Virus record (IMG/VR): IMGVR_UViG_3300010218_000018
Span: 1-43,240 of that record
Reading direction: 5' to 3' (one strand)
DNA from: a virus
Lineage: Duplodnaviria; Caudoviricetes
DNA: 43,240 nucleotides
Below are positions 26,185-35,034 of this stretch, one piece after another. The stretch's first letter is position 1. The number at the start of each line of letters is the position of its first letter. Under the pieces are notes generated by a model. The model was not told the DNA's origin. It did no database searches and saw nothing but the letters and a program-made list of their open reading frames with translations. The position numbers and the translations under genes were made by a program.

Positions 26185-26615
26185 CCGGTCATCTCCCAGG
26201 GCTTCATCTTCGAGCCCGTATTCTTGGACGCGGTGGCGGCGGCCTGTGGCGTATAGCGAGACTGGTTGGTCAGCCGCAGCTTGGTGGCCTTGTCGCCGAT
26301 GGCCTTTGTCTCGCGATCGCGCATCGCCAACAGGCGATCGTACCGCTTGAGCCCTTCCTCGTTCGCCAGCCACGCCGGCTTGAACTTCTCGATTTGGCCT
26401 GCCAGCACGTGAGCCGTTTCGGCGTGCCGGCAATATTCCTTGAGGAGTTGCTGGAGCGCCGCTGTCCGAAATTGCTCGAGCGGCTCAGCCGCCACGGTTC
26501 GTTGCCAAATGTCCTTTTGGAACGGGGTCAAATCAGCCGGCGGCTGAGGCCGCGCGTCAATCGATCCGGCAACGACAGACAGCGCCGCCGCAGACTTACG
26601 CCCGCGCGTCGCCAT
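26181..26615 (-). CDS. terS: Terminase small subunit
   Basis: RGRKS..P.PP..L...W, LRLTNQSR; directly upstream of terL. Confidence 0.85.
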   Translation of the reverse strand: MATRGRKSAAALSVVAGSIDARPQPPADLTPFQKDIWQRTVAAEPLEQFRTAALQQLLKEYCRHAETAHVLAGQIEKFKPAWLANEEGLKRYDRLLAMRDRETKAIGDKATKLRLTNQSRYTPQAAATASKNTGSKMKPWEMTG

Positions 26616-26712
26616 GTTACGGTCCTTTGCCCGTGATGTTACGATTTATGAAATGGAGGGTCCGGTGTCGGTGTCCGCCCAGAAGGGCCCAGACTTTTCG
26701 ACCGCCCCCCCT
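26616..26712 (-). other. Probable cos packaging region
   Basis: Intergenic gap between HNH and terS with GGGGGGGCGGTCGAAAAGTCT...ACACCG; ATGTTACG repeated at 26614 and 26636. Confidence 0.55.
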
Positions 26713-26998
26713 ATGGGGTTGATTTCGTTGGAATTTCCGTGGGCCACCCATCGCCGCCGATCTCGACGCGGGGCTTGCGCCTGAACGCTGCCTGGGTCTT
26801 CCGAGCGTGACAGGGATTGCACAGCGGCTGCAAGTTGGCCTCGGTGTCCGGTCCGCCGAGAGCCAGCTCGACGATGTGGTCGACCTCAGTCGCGGCCGTG
26901 TAGATGCCCTTCGCCTTGCAGTGTCGGCAGAGAGGTTCGCGGCGGAGGATACGCAGGCGGCGGGCCTGCCCAGCCCGACCCCGAAGCCGCTCGACCAT
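26711..26998 (-). CDS. Terminase-associated HNH endonuclease (HK97 gp74-like)
   Basis: PLCRHC, VDHI....GG.D..NLQ.LC..CH.RKT. Confidence 0.92.
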   Translation of the reverse strand: MVERLRGRAGQARRLRILRREPLCRHCKAKGIYTAATEVDHIVELALGGPDTEANLQPLCNPCHARKTQAAFRRKPRVEIGGDGWPTEIPTKSTP

Positions 26999-26999
26999 G

Positions 27000-27254
27000 C
27001 TACCTGCGGATCGTCTTGGTGCGGGCCTGTCCGCCTGACAGAGGCCGATACTCAACCTCAAACACATCCTCGTCACCGAGGACCACATCTCTGCCGTCGA
27101 CGAACAGTTTTACGGTGACGGTGGTCGCATCAGGCGCGCTGGAGATATCACAGGCGAGCTGACCGGGAAGAGGCTCACCGTTGTCGTCGCACACGGCATA
27201 CGCCCGACCACCAGCCGCGCAGCTGTCGATCAAGCGCACACGCAGTCTGGCCAT
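27000..27254 (-). CDS. Hypothetical protein
   Basis: 84 aa ORF abutting the HNH start. Confidence 0.6.
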   Translation of the reverse strand: MARLRVRLIDSCAAGGRAYAVCDDNGEPLPGQLACDISSAPDATTVTVKLFVDGRDVVLGDEDVFEVEYRPLSGGQARTKTIRR

Positions 27255-27273
27255 GCGGTACCCCACATACGAC

Positions 27274-27297
27274 AAAGGCGGCCCCGAAGGACCGCCC
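27274..27297 (-). terminator. tR'-like terminator at the start of the late operon
   Basis: GGGCGGTCC-TTCG-GGGCCGCC-TTTG. Confidence 0.6.
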
Positions 27298-27366
27298 TGC
27301 TGCAGAGACAACTTCTCTGATTAGCTGTTTCTATCGACTATCCGGCCCGCTAATGCAAGCGAGTTG

Positions 27367-27660
27367 TTACAGGTCCGGCATCAGGGCTGCATCAATCATA
27401 CGCTCGTACGGTTCGAGGACGGGCCAATCGAACTTGGGCACGCAGCGGAAAACCATGCTGTCGGAAGGGTCACGCATAGCCTTAATGACCGCTCTGGCGC
27501 GCATCTCTCCCATGGCCTCACGAGCAGTATGTTCTGTCGGATGAAGGATACCGTCGGCCGAGCATCCGGCCATCACTCGCCATCCACCACCGTCCGCGAC
27601 CACCGTCCAGCGCGCAATCTCTGCGGCTACACGCTCGACCATCTCGCACGCGACAGTCAC
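27367..27660 (-). CDS. Hypothetical protein
   Basis: GTGA overlap; MVERVA..I...ARA.I.AMR.P...M...MIDAAL phage motif. Confidence 0.65.
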   Translation of the reverse strand: MTVACEMVERVAAEIARWTVVADGGGWRVMAGCSADGILHPTEHTAREAMGEMRARAVIKAMRDPSDSMVFRCVPKFDWPVLEPYERMIDAALMPDL

Positions 27661-27929
27661 CGCTTGCCGCCCATCACCGCTAGGGCCTCTGCATCGCCAA
27701 CACTCAGGTTGCGCTCGTATCGCTCCTTCCATGAGCCGAGCTTATCGCGGATGGTGCAACACACCGTCAGCATGTAGCGCGCGCACCGGTTCGTTCTCTC
27801 TTCGTCGATCTTTCCGTCTACGACGACATACGCATCACCGAGCAGGATCTGCACGTCATCCCGGAGATTGGCCAGAAGGGCGTCGATTGCCTCGCTATCG
27901 CTCAGCGGCCGCTGCGCTTCGTCACTCAC
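27657..27929 (-). CDS. Hypothetical protein
   Basis: GTGA overlaps on both sides. Confidence 0.65.
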   Translation of the reverse strand: MSDEAQRPLSDSEAIDALLANLRDDVQILLGDAYVVVDGKIDEERTNRCARYMLTVCCTIRDKLGSWKERYERNLSVGDAEALAVMGGKR

Positions 27930-28444
27930 AGCCGCTCCTTCCACGCGATCGTGTCAGCCACGAAGCAGACGCAGATGCGAGCGGCTTCCTGGGCGGAACG
28001 GGTATTCGTGCTGAGGCGGGATCCAGCAACGCCGGCGGGCTCATCGAAACGGCAGACGTTCTCGAACACGTCGAAATATTTGTCGGGCACATAGCCCTTC
28101 ATCTTGGCGAGACGGTCGAGCGCATCCTGCTGTGCCCAGCCCGAGGATGGCTGCTGGCCCACGATGCGGTTCAGGTCCATGACTAGGCCGTTCTGCTTGC
28201 CGGCGCGCTCCCAGAGCTTCCAGCAGAGCTCGATTGCAGCGATCTGCGTCTCGGACAGCAGCCCCGCCGATCGCCACCGCGCGACAGGAGTGCCGCCGCG
28301 GTTGATAGATGCCTTCAGCCCTTCTCGGATATAGTCGCCATGCTGCTTGGCAAAGCGGTTCACCTGCTCGTCGTTCGCCACCCGCTCTAGCGCTGCAGCG
28401 AGCTTTGCCTTTTGGGCCCTTCTTTTTTCCGTCTTCGTAGCCAT
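27926..28444 (-). CDS. Putative late-gene regulator (DUF6456/GafA-like; Q-analogous position)
   Basis: N..TP..W...G.L...Q.AA......W and A..RL.......VC patterns; lies between replication and packaging genes. Confidence 0.55.
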   Translation of the reverse strand: MATKTEKRRAQKAKLAAALERVANDEQVNRFAKQHGDYIREGLKASINRGGTPVARWRSAGLLSETQIAAIELCWKLWERAGKQNGLVMDLNRIVGQQPSSGWAQQDALDRLAKMKGYVPDKYFDVFENVCRFDEPAGVAGSRLSTNTRSAQEAARICVCFVADTIAWKERL

Positions 28445-28492
28445 TTACGCCCGCCTCGCCGTGTTAGAACATACCGTGAATCTATGGTTTCG

Positions 28493-28714
28493 TCATGACC
28501 ATTCGCCGGCACCGCGCGTGCGGTTCTCGACGTAGCCGCGCCCCTTGTCGTCTTTCGCCACGAACCAGATGATATGCGGACGGGGCTCGCGCTCGTTCAT
28601 CGCTGCGCAGTAGCGTTCCAGCCGCTCCATCTCGGTCTCGCCGGGCTGCAGCGCCCATTCCCCGATGCCGCGGGACCGACTGTCCCTACCGCTGAATGGC
28701 GTTGGAGCGTTCAT
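28493..28714 (-). CDS. Hypothetical protein
   Basis: 73 aa; overlaps the end of the initiator gene. Confidence 0.6.
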   Translation of the reverse strand: MNAPTPFSGRDSRSRGIGEWALQPGETEMERLERYCAAMNEREPRPHIIWFVAKDDKGRGYVENRTRGAGEWS

Positions 28715-29318
28715 ACGTTCCCTCCAAAAGTCGTTGGAATTTCAGTGGTTCGAGGAGAAAGTCGAAGGGGATGCGCCAGCCTCGATCGTTGTCCCCGTGC
28801 ATCCAGGGCGTCCGCTCGATGGCGTCGAATACCTCGATCCAGTCGTTCGGCGGATGTTCGCGGATCCGGGACCGCAGCTTGCGCAGCCGGGAGCCGTCCA
28901 CCTTGCGCACCTTCACCAGGCCGCAGCGGTCCGCGACCTTGTTCCATTCGTCGACGACGTGCTCCGGCAGGAACTCAGGCTCTGCCGGTTTCACCGGCTC
29001 AAGCAGCATCGGCGGGCTGTCAGTTTCAGCCCCGGATGGGGGATTATAGGGGGAAATATCCTGGTTAGATTTAGGAAGGGGGGGTGCAGGGGGGGCAACC
29101 TCAAAGGAAGGGTCCTTGGGACTGTCCTGTGACTGTCCCGTGATTGTCACGTGACAGTCACGCTCCCTCTCGCGCTGACGCCTCTTGCGCTCAGCGGCCT
29201 TTGCCCGATGCTCCTTCGACGCATGCTGCTCGGCCTCGATGGCGCGCACAGCCATAAGGATCACCTCCATAGAGGCGCCCTTGGCGGCCATCTGCTCCAT
29301 GAGGTCGGCAATGCTCAC
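28686..29318 (-). CDS. Replication initiator (lambda O-like architecture)
   Basis: AERKRRQR segment, internal iterons, C-terminal WN...R...G.N.RGW...FDFLL....F..LLEG.Y domain. Confidence 0.75.
   Translation of the reverse strand: MSIADLMEQMAAKGASMEVILMAVRAIEAEQHASKEHRAKAAERKRRQRERERDCHVTITGQSQDSPKDPSFEVAPPAPPLPKSNQDISPYNPPSGAETDSPPMLLEPVKPAEPEFLPEHVVDEWNKVADRCGLVKVRKVDGSRLRKLRSRIREHPPNDWIEVFDAIERTPWMHGDNDRGWRIPFDFLLEPLKFQRLLEGTYERSNAIQR
29118..29161. repeat. Four 11-bp palindromic iterons (ori)
   Basis: GGGACTGTCCT, GTGACTGTCCC, GTGATTGTCAC, GTGACAGTCAC in tandem. Confidence 0.75.
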
Positions 29319-29497
29319 GCCGACAGGTTCCTGCGCAGCTTCGCGCCGTCGCGCTTGCGCCGGGTCTCCCAGCCAAGCTTCGACGCGCGCGAGTGAGGGG
29401 TGACAGCTTTTGTCACCCTGCGAGCGTACTTGCGACGAAGGAGGCTTATCTCTGTGCGGATGCGCCAGAGGAGGTAGGAGACCCGGCGGGACATCAG
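29315..29497 (-). CDS. Small basic protein
   Basis: ATGA/GTGA overlaps; A.KLGWETRR motif. Confidence 0.6.
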   Translation of the reverse strand: MMSRRVSYLLWRIRTEISLLRRKYARRVTKAVTPHSRASKLGWETRRKRDGAKLRRNLSA

Positions 29498-29784
29498 CGG
29501 CAAACCTGCTTGCCGTCGCGACCGAGGCGAGGCGTGATCGAACCTTCACGGTCAGCGAGATATTCGCAGCCGGTCAGGTGGTCGCTGTACGGGCGCAATC
29601 CGCTGTGAACGAAGGACGATGGGTCGTCGGTGTCGTCGTAGCCCCACCCAAGCGCGTCACGAGCGGCATTGAGCACGCAGATCGTGATCGTAACGATGAC
29701 CGCCCACTTGCCGAGTTCAGCCAGGAAGCCCGACATAAGGCTCCGGCCGATCTTCTCGGTCGGATCGACTTGCTTCGCCATCAC
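29494..29784 (-). CDS. DUF6440-like membrane-anchored protein
   Basis: TM segment plus D.LTGCEYL....G.ITPRL..DG motif. Confidence 0.7.
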   Translation of the reverse strand: MMAKQVDPTEKIGRSLMSGFLAELGKWAVIVTITICVLNAARDALGWGYDDTDDPSSFVHSGLRPYSDHLTGCEYLADREGSITPRLGRDGKQVCR

Positions 29785-30020
29785 GCCAGCCCCAGTGCGG
29801 CTTTGTACGTGTCGAGGAGATATTCCGCCTCGTCACGCGCATTCTTCTCCATCTTGCGGAGCTTGATGATGGCCTTGACCGTCTTCGTATCGAAGCCATC
29901 TGACTTCATAAGCGCGTACCGATCCTTGATATCGTCGGCGACGCCCTGTTTTTCGTCTTCCATCCGCTCCACCGCTTCGATGTGAAGCCGGAGCTGGTCG
30001 GCTGCGATTGCATCAGACAT
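29781..30020 (-). CDS. gapR: GapR-like nucleoid-associated protein (DUF2312/UPF0335)
   Basis: AADQLR..IE.VERME.EK....DDIKD.Y...K..GFD.K....II.LRK......E.E..L..Y..ALG. Confidence 0.9.
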   Translation of the reverse strand: MSDAIAADQLRLHIEAVERMEDEKQGVADDIKDRYALMKSDGFDTKTVKAIIKLRKMEKNARDEAEYLLDTYKAALGLA

Positions 30021-30183
30021 TCGTCTTTCCTCCGTTGTTGTTGAAGTCTTCCGCCGATCCGATGAGGTACATTTCGTCACCACAATCGGGGCAGGTCTGC
30101 TTGCCGGAAGGCGGAGTGGTCACGGGCGCTCTATGGCTGCACCGACAGGCCATCTCAGGCTTGCGGGATTCGATGGGGCTCAT
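30013..30183 (-). CDS. Small Zn-ribbon protein (56 aa)
   Basis: Translated by hand; CRC..H and CPDC; ATGA overlap with the MTase stop. Confidence 0.55.
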   Translation of the reverse strand: MSPIESRKPEMACRCSHRAPVTTPPSGKQTCPDCGDEMYLIGSAEDFNNNGGKTNV

Positions 30184-31127
30184 GCGGCCTCGAACATGTC
30201 GCGGGCCTCGCGCTGCATTTCGGCGAGGTTCTTCTTAGCCTGGCGGAAATAGCTGGGCTTGAGCTCGATCCCTAAACCGAGGCGCCCCATGCGCGCAGCG
30301 CAATAGACCTCGCTTCCGATGCCGAGGAACGGCGTCAGAACAGTGTCGCCGGGGTTGCTCCATAGGTCGATGCAGCGCTCGATCACGTCGAGTTGAAGCG
30401 GCGAGATATGCTGCTCGTCTTTGTCGTCCCTGCCGCCGCGATATTGGAGCGTGCGGGTCTGATTTATGTCGGTCCAGACCGGTGAGGCGTAGCGCTGCCA
30501 AACCTCGATGCTGTACCAATTCCGGCTATCGTCCGGGCGCGTGAACTTGGCCGGATCAGGACCAGTGCCGTCGCCAATATATTGATCGAAACAGCCCGCG
30601 ATGGGCTCCGGATTTTCACCCGGCTTACGGAAGGTCACCACATAGTCGGCGAGGCCTTGTCCGCTGAGGGCGCTATCCTTCACTACCTGCTTGTGCAGCA
30701 GGCGGATATTCTTGGTCCGCTGCTGGGCTACGACCGGGTCTTTCCAGATGCAGACCTCGCTATGGAAAATCCAGCCAGCATCCTCGTAGGCGCGCACTAC
30801 TTCTCCACGGAAGTCGCGCATGCCGATATGTCCGTTCCGGATTTTGGAGGTCGGCAGCTGCATTACGTGGACCGAGTGGAGGCGCCCCGGCTTCGTCACG
30901 CGAAGCAGCTCTTGGATCAGGAAGGCGTAATGTTCCCAGAACTTGGAGCCCTCATTGTTCGATATGTCGCGATCGAAATTCGAGAACTTATAAAGCCCCT
31001 CGAAAGGAGGCGAATGGATGCCGAACCCAATGCTGTTGCCCGGGATCGCGCGAATAATCTCGCAGGAGTCGCCCTGATAAATGGCGTATTGTTCGGTGAT
31101 GATCTGATCGACGGCACAGATGGTCAT
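30180..31127 (-). CDS. DNA methyltransferase, N4-C/N6-A beta class
   Basis: SPPF catalytic motif N-terminal; VLTPFLGIGS SAM motif C-terminal. Confidence 0.9.
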   Translation of the reverse strand: MTICAVDQIITEQYAIYQGDSCEIIRAIPGNSIGFGIHSPPFEGLYKFSNFDRDISNNEGSKFWEHYAFLIQELLRVTKPGRLHSVHVMQLPTSKIRNGHIGMRDFRGEVVRAYEDAGWIFHSEVCIWKDPVVAQQRTKNIRLLHKQVVKDSALSGQGLADYVVTFRKPGENPEPIAGCFDQYIGDGTGPDPAKFTRPDDSRNWYSIEVWQRYASPVWTDINQTRTLQYRGGRDDKDEQHISPLQLDVIERCIDLWSNPGDTVLTPFLGIGSEVYCAARMGRLGLGIELKPSYFRQAKKNLAEMQREARDMFEAA

Positions 31128-32521
31128 GCTTGCTCCAGCCAGTTCGGGAGGGTGATCGGGAGAGTGGGCGCGTAGACAGGCGTGTCGCGGACGGATCCGC
31201 GCACGGCCGCGCTCGATAGATCGGACATGTGCAGAACCATGGCGGCAGCCATGCGGTCAGCATCGGCTTCCTTGCGCCTGATGTTCGCGACCGTGGCCCC
31301 CTCGATTTCGGAGGCGATGATGTGGCAGTCGACCGGCTTGCTCTGTCCAAACCGCCAGAAGCGCCGGATCGCCTGGTAGAATTGCTCGAAGCTATCATTC
31401 AGACCGACGAAGCCGGTCGCGCTGCAATGCTGCCAGTTCATCCCGAAGCCACAGATTGACGGCTTGGTCACAAGCACGCGGATGCGGCCTTCGCTGAAAT
31501 CGATCAGCTTCCGCTCTTTGTCGTCCTCGCTGTCCGATCCGCGGACCTCGACAGCGTCGGAAATGCCGGCCGCAAGCGCCTCGCTTTCAGCGTTGAGGTT
31601 GCACCACCATACGAATGGGCCGGTGGTGGGGGTGACCTCGATCGCCTTGCCAACACGATCAGCTACCGTTGCGCGCCGCGCCGACACGCGCTCGGCAAGC
31701 GAAGCGGCCTGCATCGGAAAGAGCGTGCCGGTTTCCATGTTCGGGGCATATTCGACCCCGACGACATGCTGATGGTAGCGGAGGGGCGGAAGGTCGTAGC
31801 CGTCGTCGGCGTAGCCCAGGTCAGACGGCTTGCGGAGCATGACAGCCCAAGATGCCATCCACCGCCAGAAGTCGTTCTCGGCGTGGCCCTTGAGGCGCCA
31901 CTTTTGCGTGTCCCCGCCATCGTGCGCGAAGAAGGTCGCCAGCATATCCGTGTAGGACATGATCCCCAGGAACTCGGCATGATTGCCAAGCTCCATGAAA
32001 TCATTTGGGGCCGGGGTGGCCGTCGCGGCGAGGCGGAATGGGATCGCTTGGCAAGCCTCTATCAGGCGCGTGCGATAATGCCCGTCGGTGGATTTGAGGA
32101 TGCTGCTCTCATCGAGGATCACGCCCCCGAAGCGACAGAGCTCGAACTTGTCGAGCTTCTGGTAATTGGTGATGTTGATGCCAGGGCCGCAGTCTTCCTC
32201 GGTCGTCACCTGCCGCGCGCTAATCCCGAACTTGGCCGCTTCGCGCACCAGCTGCGCTGAGACGGCCAGCGGAGCAAGGTGGAGGATCGGCGCGCCTGTG
32301 GCGGCATTTACCGCCTGCGCCCACGCCAGCTCCATCAGGCTTTTGCCTAATCCCGTGCCGGCGAACAAGGCAGCGCGGCCGCGCCGAAGCGCCCACCGCG
32401 TGATGTCGGCTTGGTGGGGGAACATAGCCGAAGGCAGGTCAACGGCCGCGTCGATCCCGGTCGGCGGATCAATGATCGCCTTCGCCGCGAGAAACGACGC
32501 GTAGGATGCATGCGCGCTCAC
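31124..32521 (-). CDS. SNF2-like SF2 helicase
   Basis: GTGLGKS, LDESS, TATP, Q..RR.WRFGQ motifs. Confidence 0.88.
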   Translation of the reverse strand: MSAHASYASFLAAKAIIDPPTGIDAAVDLPSAMFPHQADITRWALRRGRAALFAGTGLGKSLMELAWAQAVNAATGAPILHLAPLAVSAQLVREAAKFGISARQVTTEEDCGPGINITNYQKLDKFELCRFGGVILDESSILKSTDGHYRTRLIEACQAIPFRLAATATPAPNDFMELGNHAEFLGIMSYTDMLATFFAHDGGDTQKWRLKGHAENDFWRWMASWAVMLRKPSDLGYADDGYDLPPLRYHQHVVGVEYAPNMETGTLFPMQAASLAERVSARRATVADRVGKAIEVTPTTGPFVWWCNLNAESEALAAGISDAVEVRGSDSEDDKERKLIDFSEGRIRVLVTKPSICGFGMNWQHCSATGFVGLNDSFEQFYQAIRRFWRFGQSKPVDCHIIASEIEGATVANIRRKEADADRMAAAMVLHMSDLSSAAVRGSVRDTPVYAPTLPITLPNWLEQA

Positions 32522-33210
32522 AGCGTCATGGTCCGTTCGAAGCCGTGGCGCTCAGCCAGGGCGATCATGTCCGCCTCCGGCAGGCGTCGGCCGTTGACGA
32601 CCCAGACATCGATGGGTGCAAGCCGGTCTATCGTGCGGGCGCGGAAGACAGGGCCGCGGCGCTGCAGATGGGCAACAGCGCGACCGACTAGGCTGTCGTC
32701 GCGCGCCGGCGTGGCGCCGGGCCGCGGGCCGAACAGGGCGAATGGTTTGACCGGCTTCCGCTTCGGCTTTGGCGTCCGGTTCCCAACGGTGGATCCGTTC
32801 GGGTAAATGCGCACCCGGGGCTTGAGCCCGAACATGGCATACCAGCTGCGGATGACCTCGCGGCCGGCGCGGAAGCGGTGCCGCGCTTCCTCGATGCAGA
32901 GCGATTCCGCGACCTGCTCGAACTCGGGCGGCGGTCCCTCGCGCTTCGCCAGCTTGCGGCCTGCCGGGATGCTGAACCGGATGCGGGCTGCGGCCACCAC
33001 GCTCTGGCGCACGCCCATCAGCTCCCCGACCTCGCGGTCGTTGTATTTCGCTGCCGCCAGGTCGCGGAGCAGGCTGATCGCCTTATCGTCCCAGCGCAGC
33101 GCCGTGCGGCCGCGGCTGTCCTTGAAGAAGGTCAACTCCTTCGCCCGATCGGCGACACGCACGTTTCCCATCGCGGAATCGAAGGAGTCCGCGCCCATGT
33201 GGACGGTCAT
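32518..33210 (-). CDS. HTH protein with a GcrA-like N-terminal HTH
   Basis: WDDKAISLLRDL...Y...EVG..MGV..S.V.....R pattern. Confidence 0.55.
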   Translation of the reverse strand: MTVHMGADSFDSAMGNVRVADRAKELTFFKDSRGRTALRWDDKAISLLRDLAAAKYNDREVGELMGVRQSVVAAARIRFSIPAGRKLAKREGPPPEFEQVAESLCIEEARHRFRAGREVIRSWYAMFGLKPRVRIYPNGSTVGNRTPKPKRKPVKPFALFGPRPGATPARDDSLVGRAVAHLQRRGPVFRARTIDRLAPIDVWVVNGRRLPEADMIALAERHGFERTMTL

Positions 33211-33257
33211 AGTCTTCTCACTGTATTCGGATCGGCCCCGCGCCGTCCGGGATGTCG

Positions 33258-33683
33258 TTATCCGTCCGTGACCGCGCTCTGGGCCTGGGCGATGAACTCG
33301 CGGGTGCGGCGCTTGAGGCGCGCAGTCTCCGCGTGATTGATGATGCCGTCGGCGCGAGCCTCGCAGATCTCACCGGCGAGGCCGCAGGCGCCCGCGGCGA
33401 CCGCGTCCCAGTTGGTGTCCTCGGCCTCGATGTCGACCAGGCGGCAGCCGCCCGGCTCCGAAAGCATGTTGATTGCCTCGGCCGGCAGGAAGCGCCGAAG
33501 CCGCAGGACGACGTGAAACGGGATGGCGGCACCCGCTGCATATTCACGCAGCGACGATTCCGGGATGTGTGAGGCACGAACCAGCGCCGCGCGCGTCGTG
33601 TACAGGCCCTGCCCGACGAACATCGAGAACATGGCAACCTGCCGCTCCGCGACATCCCGCGCGAGTGAGCTTTCGTCAGACAT
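33258..33683 (-). CDS. CII-like/XRE regulatory protein
   Basis: HTH (TRAALVRASHIPESSLREYA) and a C-terminal ADG.I...E motif; downstream of cro. Confidence 0.6.
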   Translation of the reverse strand: MSDESSLARDVAERQVAMFSMFVGQGLYTTRAALVRASHIPESSLREYAAGAAIPFHVVLRLRRFLPAEAINMLSEPGGCRLVDIEAEDTNWDAVAAGACGLAGEICEARADGIINHAETARLKRRTREFIAQAQSAVTDG

Positions 33684-33894
33684 GATGTCGCGCCCCCGAA
33701 ACGATATTAGAATTGGCATGAGCGCCACCGCCCATATGCTTCATCAGGCACCCCACACGGTCGCAGGACCGGGCGCATGGGTGCGCGGGATCGATCCCGC
33801 AGCCGGGGCAGCGCGCGATCCGCAGCGGCACCCGCACGACGGCGGCACCAAGCGGAAGGTTGAGCCACGGCTGGGCGAAGGCGAGCGCCGTCAC
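33676..33894 (-). CDS. Small Cys-rich hypothetical protein
   Basis: GTGA coupling; CPGC..C...C...C. Confidence 0.45.
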   Translation of the reverse strand: MTALAFAQPWLNLPLGAAVVRVPLRIARCPGCGIDPAHPCARSCDRVGCLMKHMGGGAHANSNIVSGARHHV

Positions 33895-34055
33895 GCGCAA
33901 ACCTCATGTGATAGGACGCCCGCGCCGGGAGGCTTAGACCGCAGCGCGGGCACATCGGACACCTGGGGGAGGATGTCGCGATGTTCGATGTGAGCGATAG
34001 CCGGCGCCTCGTGGCGCTCAAGCTCGCAGGATTGGCAGGCGCAACCGGGCGTCAT
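33891..34055 (-). CDS. Small hypothetical protein (54 aa, MTPGCACQSC...)
   Basis: Translated by hand; ATGA overlap with the cro stop. Confidence 0.45.
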   Translation of the reverse strand: MTPGCACQSCELERHEAPAIAHIEHRDILPQVSDVPALRSKPPGAGVLSHEVCA

Positions 34056-34261
34056 GCGGCATGCCGCTCAAGCTTGGCGGCCGCAGCTGCGGCGAGCTCG
34101 TCAAGCGTGGCGATCCCAGCGGCGCGGATGCTCTCCCAATGCTCGGCCGGGATGCTGTCGCGTTGCCTCCAGGATCGTGCGGTATGCACCGAAACGCCGC
34201 GCTCAGCGGCGAACCTACCCAAATCGGGTATGGCGGCTACGACTTCTGAGTGTGTCCTCAT
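34052..34261 (-). CDS. cro: Cro-like repressor
   Basis: Short HTH FAAERGVS.HTARSWRQRDSIP..HW; divergent from CI. Confidence 0.85.
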   Translation of the reverse strand: MRTHSEVVAAIPDLGRFAAERGVSVHTARSWRQRDSIPAEHWESIRAAGIATLDELAAAAAAKLERHAA

Positions 34262-34269
34262 GCCCCCAA

Positions 34270-34312
34270 TGATGCACAATGCACTACGTTGACGCAAGTG
34301 CCTTTTGCATCA
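34270..34312. promoter_or_regulatory. Two 17-bp operators between cro and cI
   Basis: TGATGCA-CAA-TGCACTA (34270) and reverse complement TGATGCA-AAA-GGCACTT (34296). Confidence 0.8.
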
Positions 34313-34336
34313 ACACTTGCTCTAGCGCCTATTGGC

Positions 34337-35017
34337 ATGGGCACGGGAGATATGGGGGCGGCTAGCGACAGGCTGCGTCACGCGCGCGAGCGCGCAGGCT
34401 ATTCGTCCGCGAAGAACGCGGCGGAGGCGATGGGCGTCCCTGTGGCCACCTATATCCAGCACGAGAACGGAATTCGCGGCTTCCCGCCGTCACGGGCGCA
34501 GCGATACGCGCGCTTCTTCCGGGTCAGTCCGGAATGGTTGCTCTATGGAACAAGCGAGGGCGGGCCGTTTCTAGCCTTAGGTCCTCAGCTCTACGTCAAA
34601 GGCGAGGTCGCGGCTGGCGTCTGGACAGAAGCTTGGGAATTTGAACAAGATGAGTGGGAATTCTTTACCGGAAGGCCCGACATAGCTGCACCCGTGAGAG
34701 AACGATTCGGCTTGCGCGTCGTCGGCGAGAGCATGAACATGCTCTATCCGCCTGGGACCATCTTGGAGTGCGTCTCCTATCGGCATGACGCGCCCATAGC
34801 GAATGGCAAGCGGGTGATCGTCCAGCGCATGCGTGCCGACAACACGCACGAGACGACCGTGAAGGAGTACCTCAAGGACGAGGACGGGATCGAATGGTTC
34901 GTTCCCCGCTCAACACACCCCGCATTCCAGGCACCGATTCGCGCCGATCAGCCTGATCCGGACGTAGTGCATATCGAGGTCATCGGCATCGTGGTGGGGT
35001 CTTACAGACCGGAATAG
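34337..35017 (+). CDS. cI: CI-like repressor, XRE HTH plus S24 peptidase
   Basis: HTH; VAAG cleavage site; GESM catalytic Ser; TVK catalytic Lys. Confidence 0.92.
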   Translation: MGTGDMGAASDRLRHARERAGYSSAKNAAEAMGVPVATYIQHENGIRGFPPSRAQRYARFFRVSPEWLLYGTSEGGPFLALGPQLYVKGEVAAGVWTEAWEFEQDEWEFFTGRPDIAAPVRERFGLRVVGESMNMLYPPGTILECVSYRHDAPIANGKRVIVQRMRADNTHETTVKEYLKDEDGIEWFVPRSTHPAFQAPIRADQPDPDVVHIEVIGIVVGSYRPE

Positions 35018-35034
35018 CCGAAAATATTCCGCGC

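Noticed and set aside
24674-26433. N-terminal extensions of portal and terL given in the ORF track (also connector, initiator, cI, int)
   Set aside because: They overlap neighbouring genes; coupled GTGA/ATGA starts or conserved N-termini give more plausible shorter proteins.
27310-27365. Specific late promoter -35/-10 assignment
   Set aside because: TTGCAT is present, but no convincing -10 at the proper spacing.
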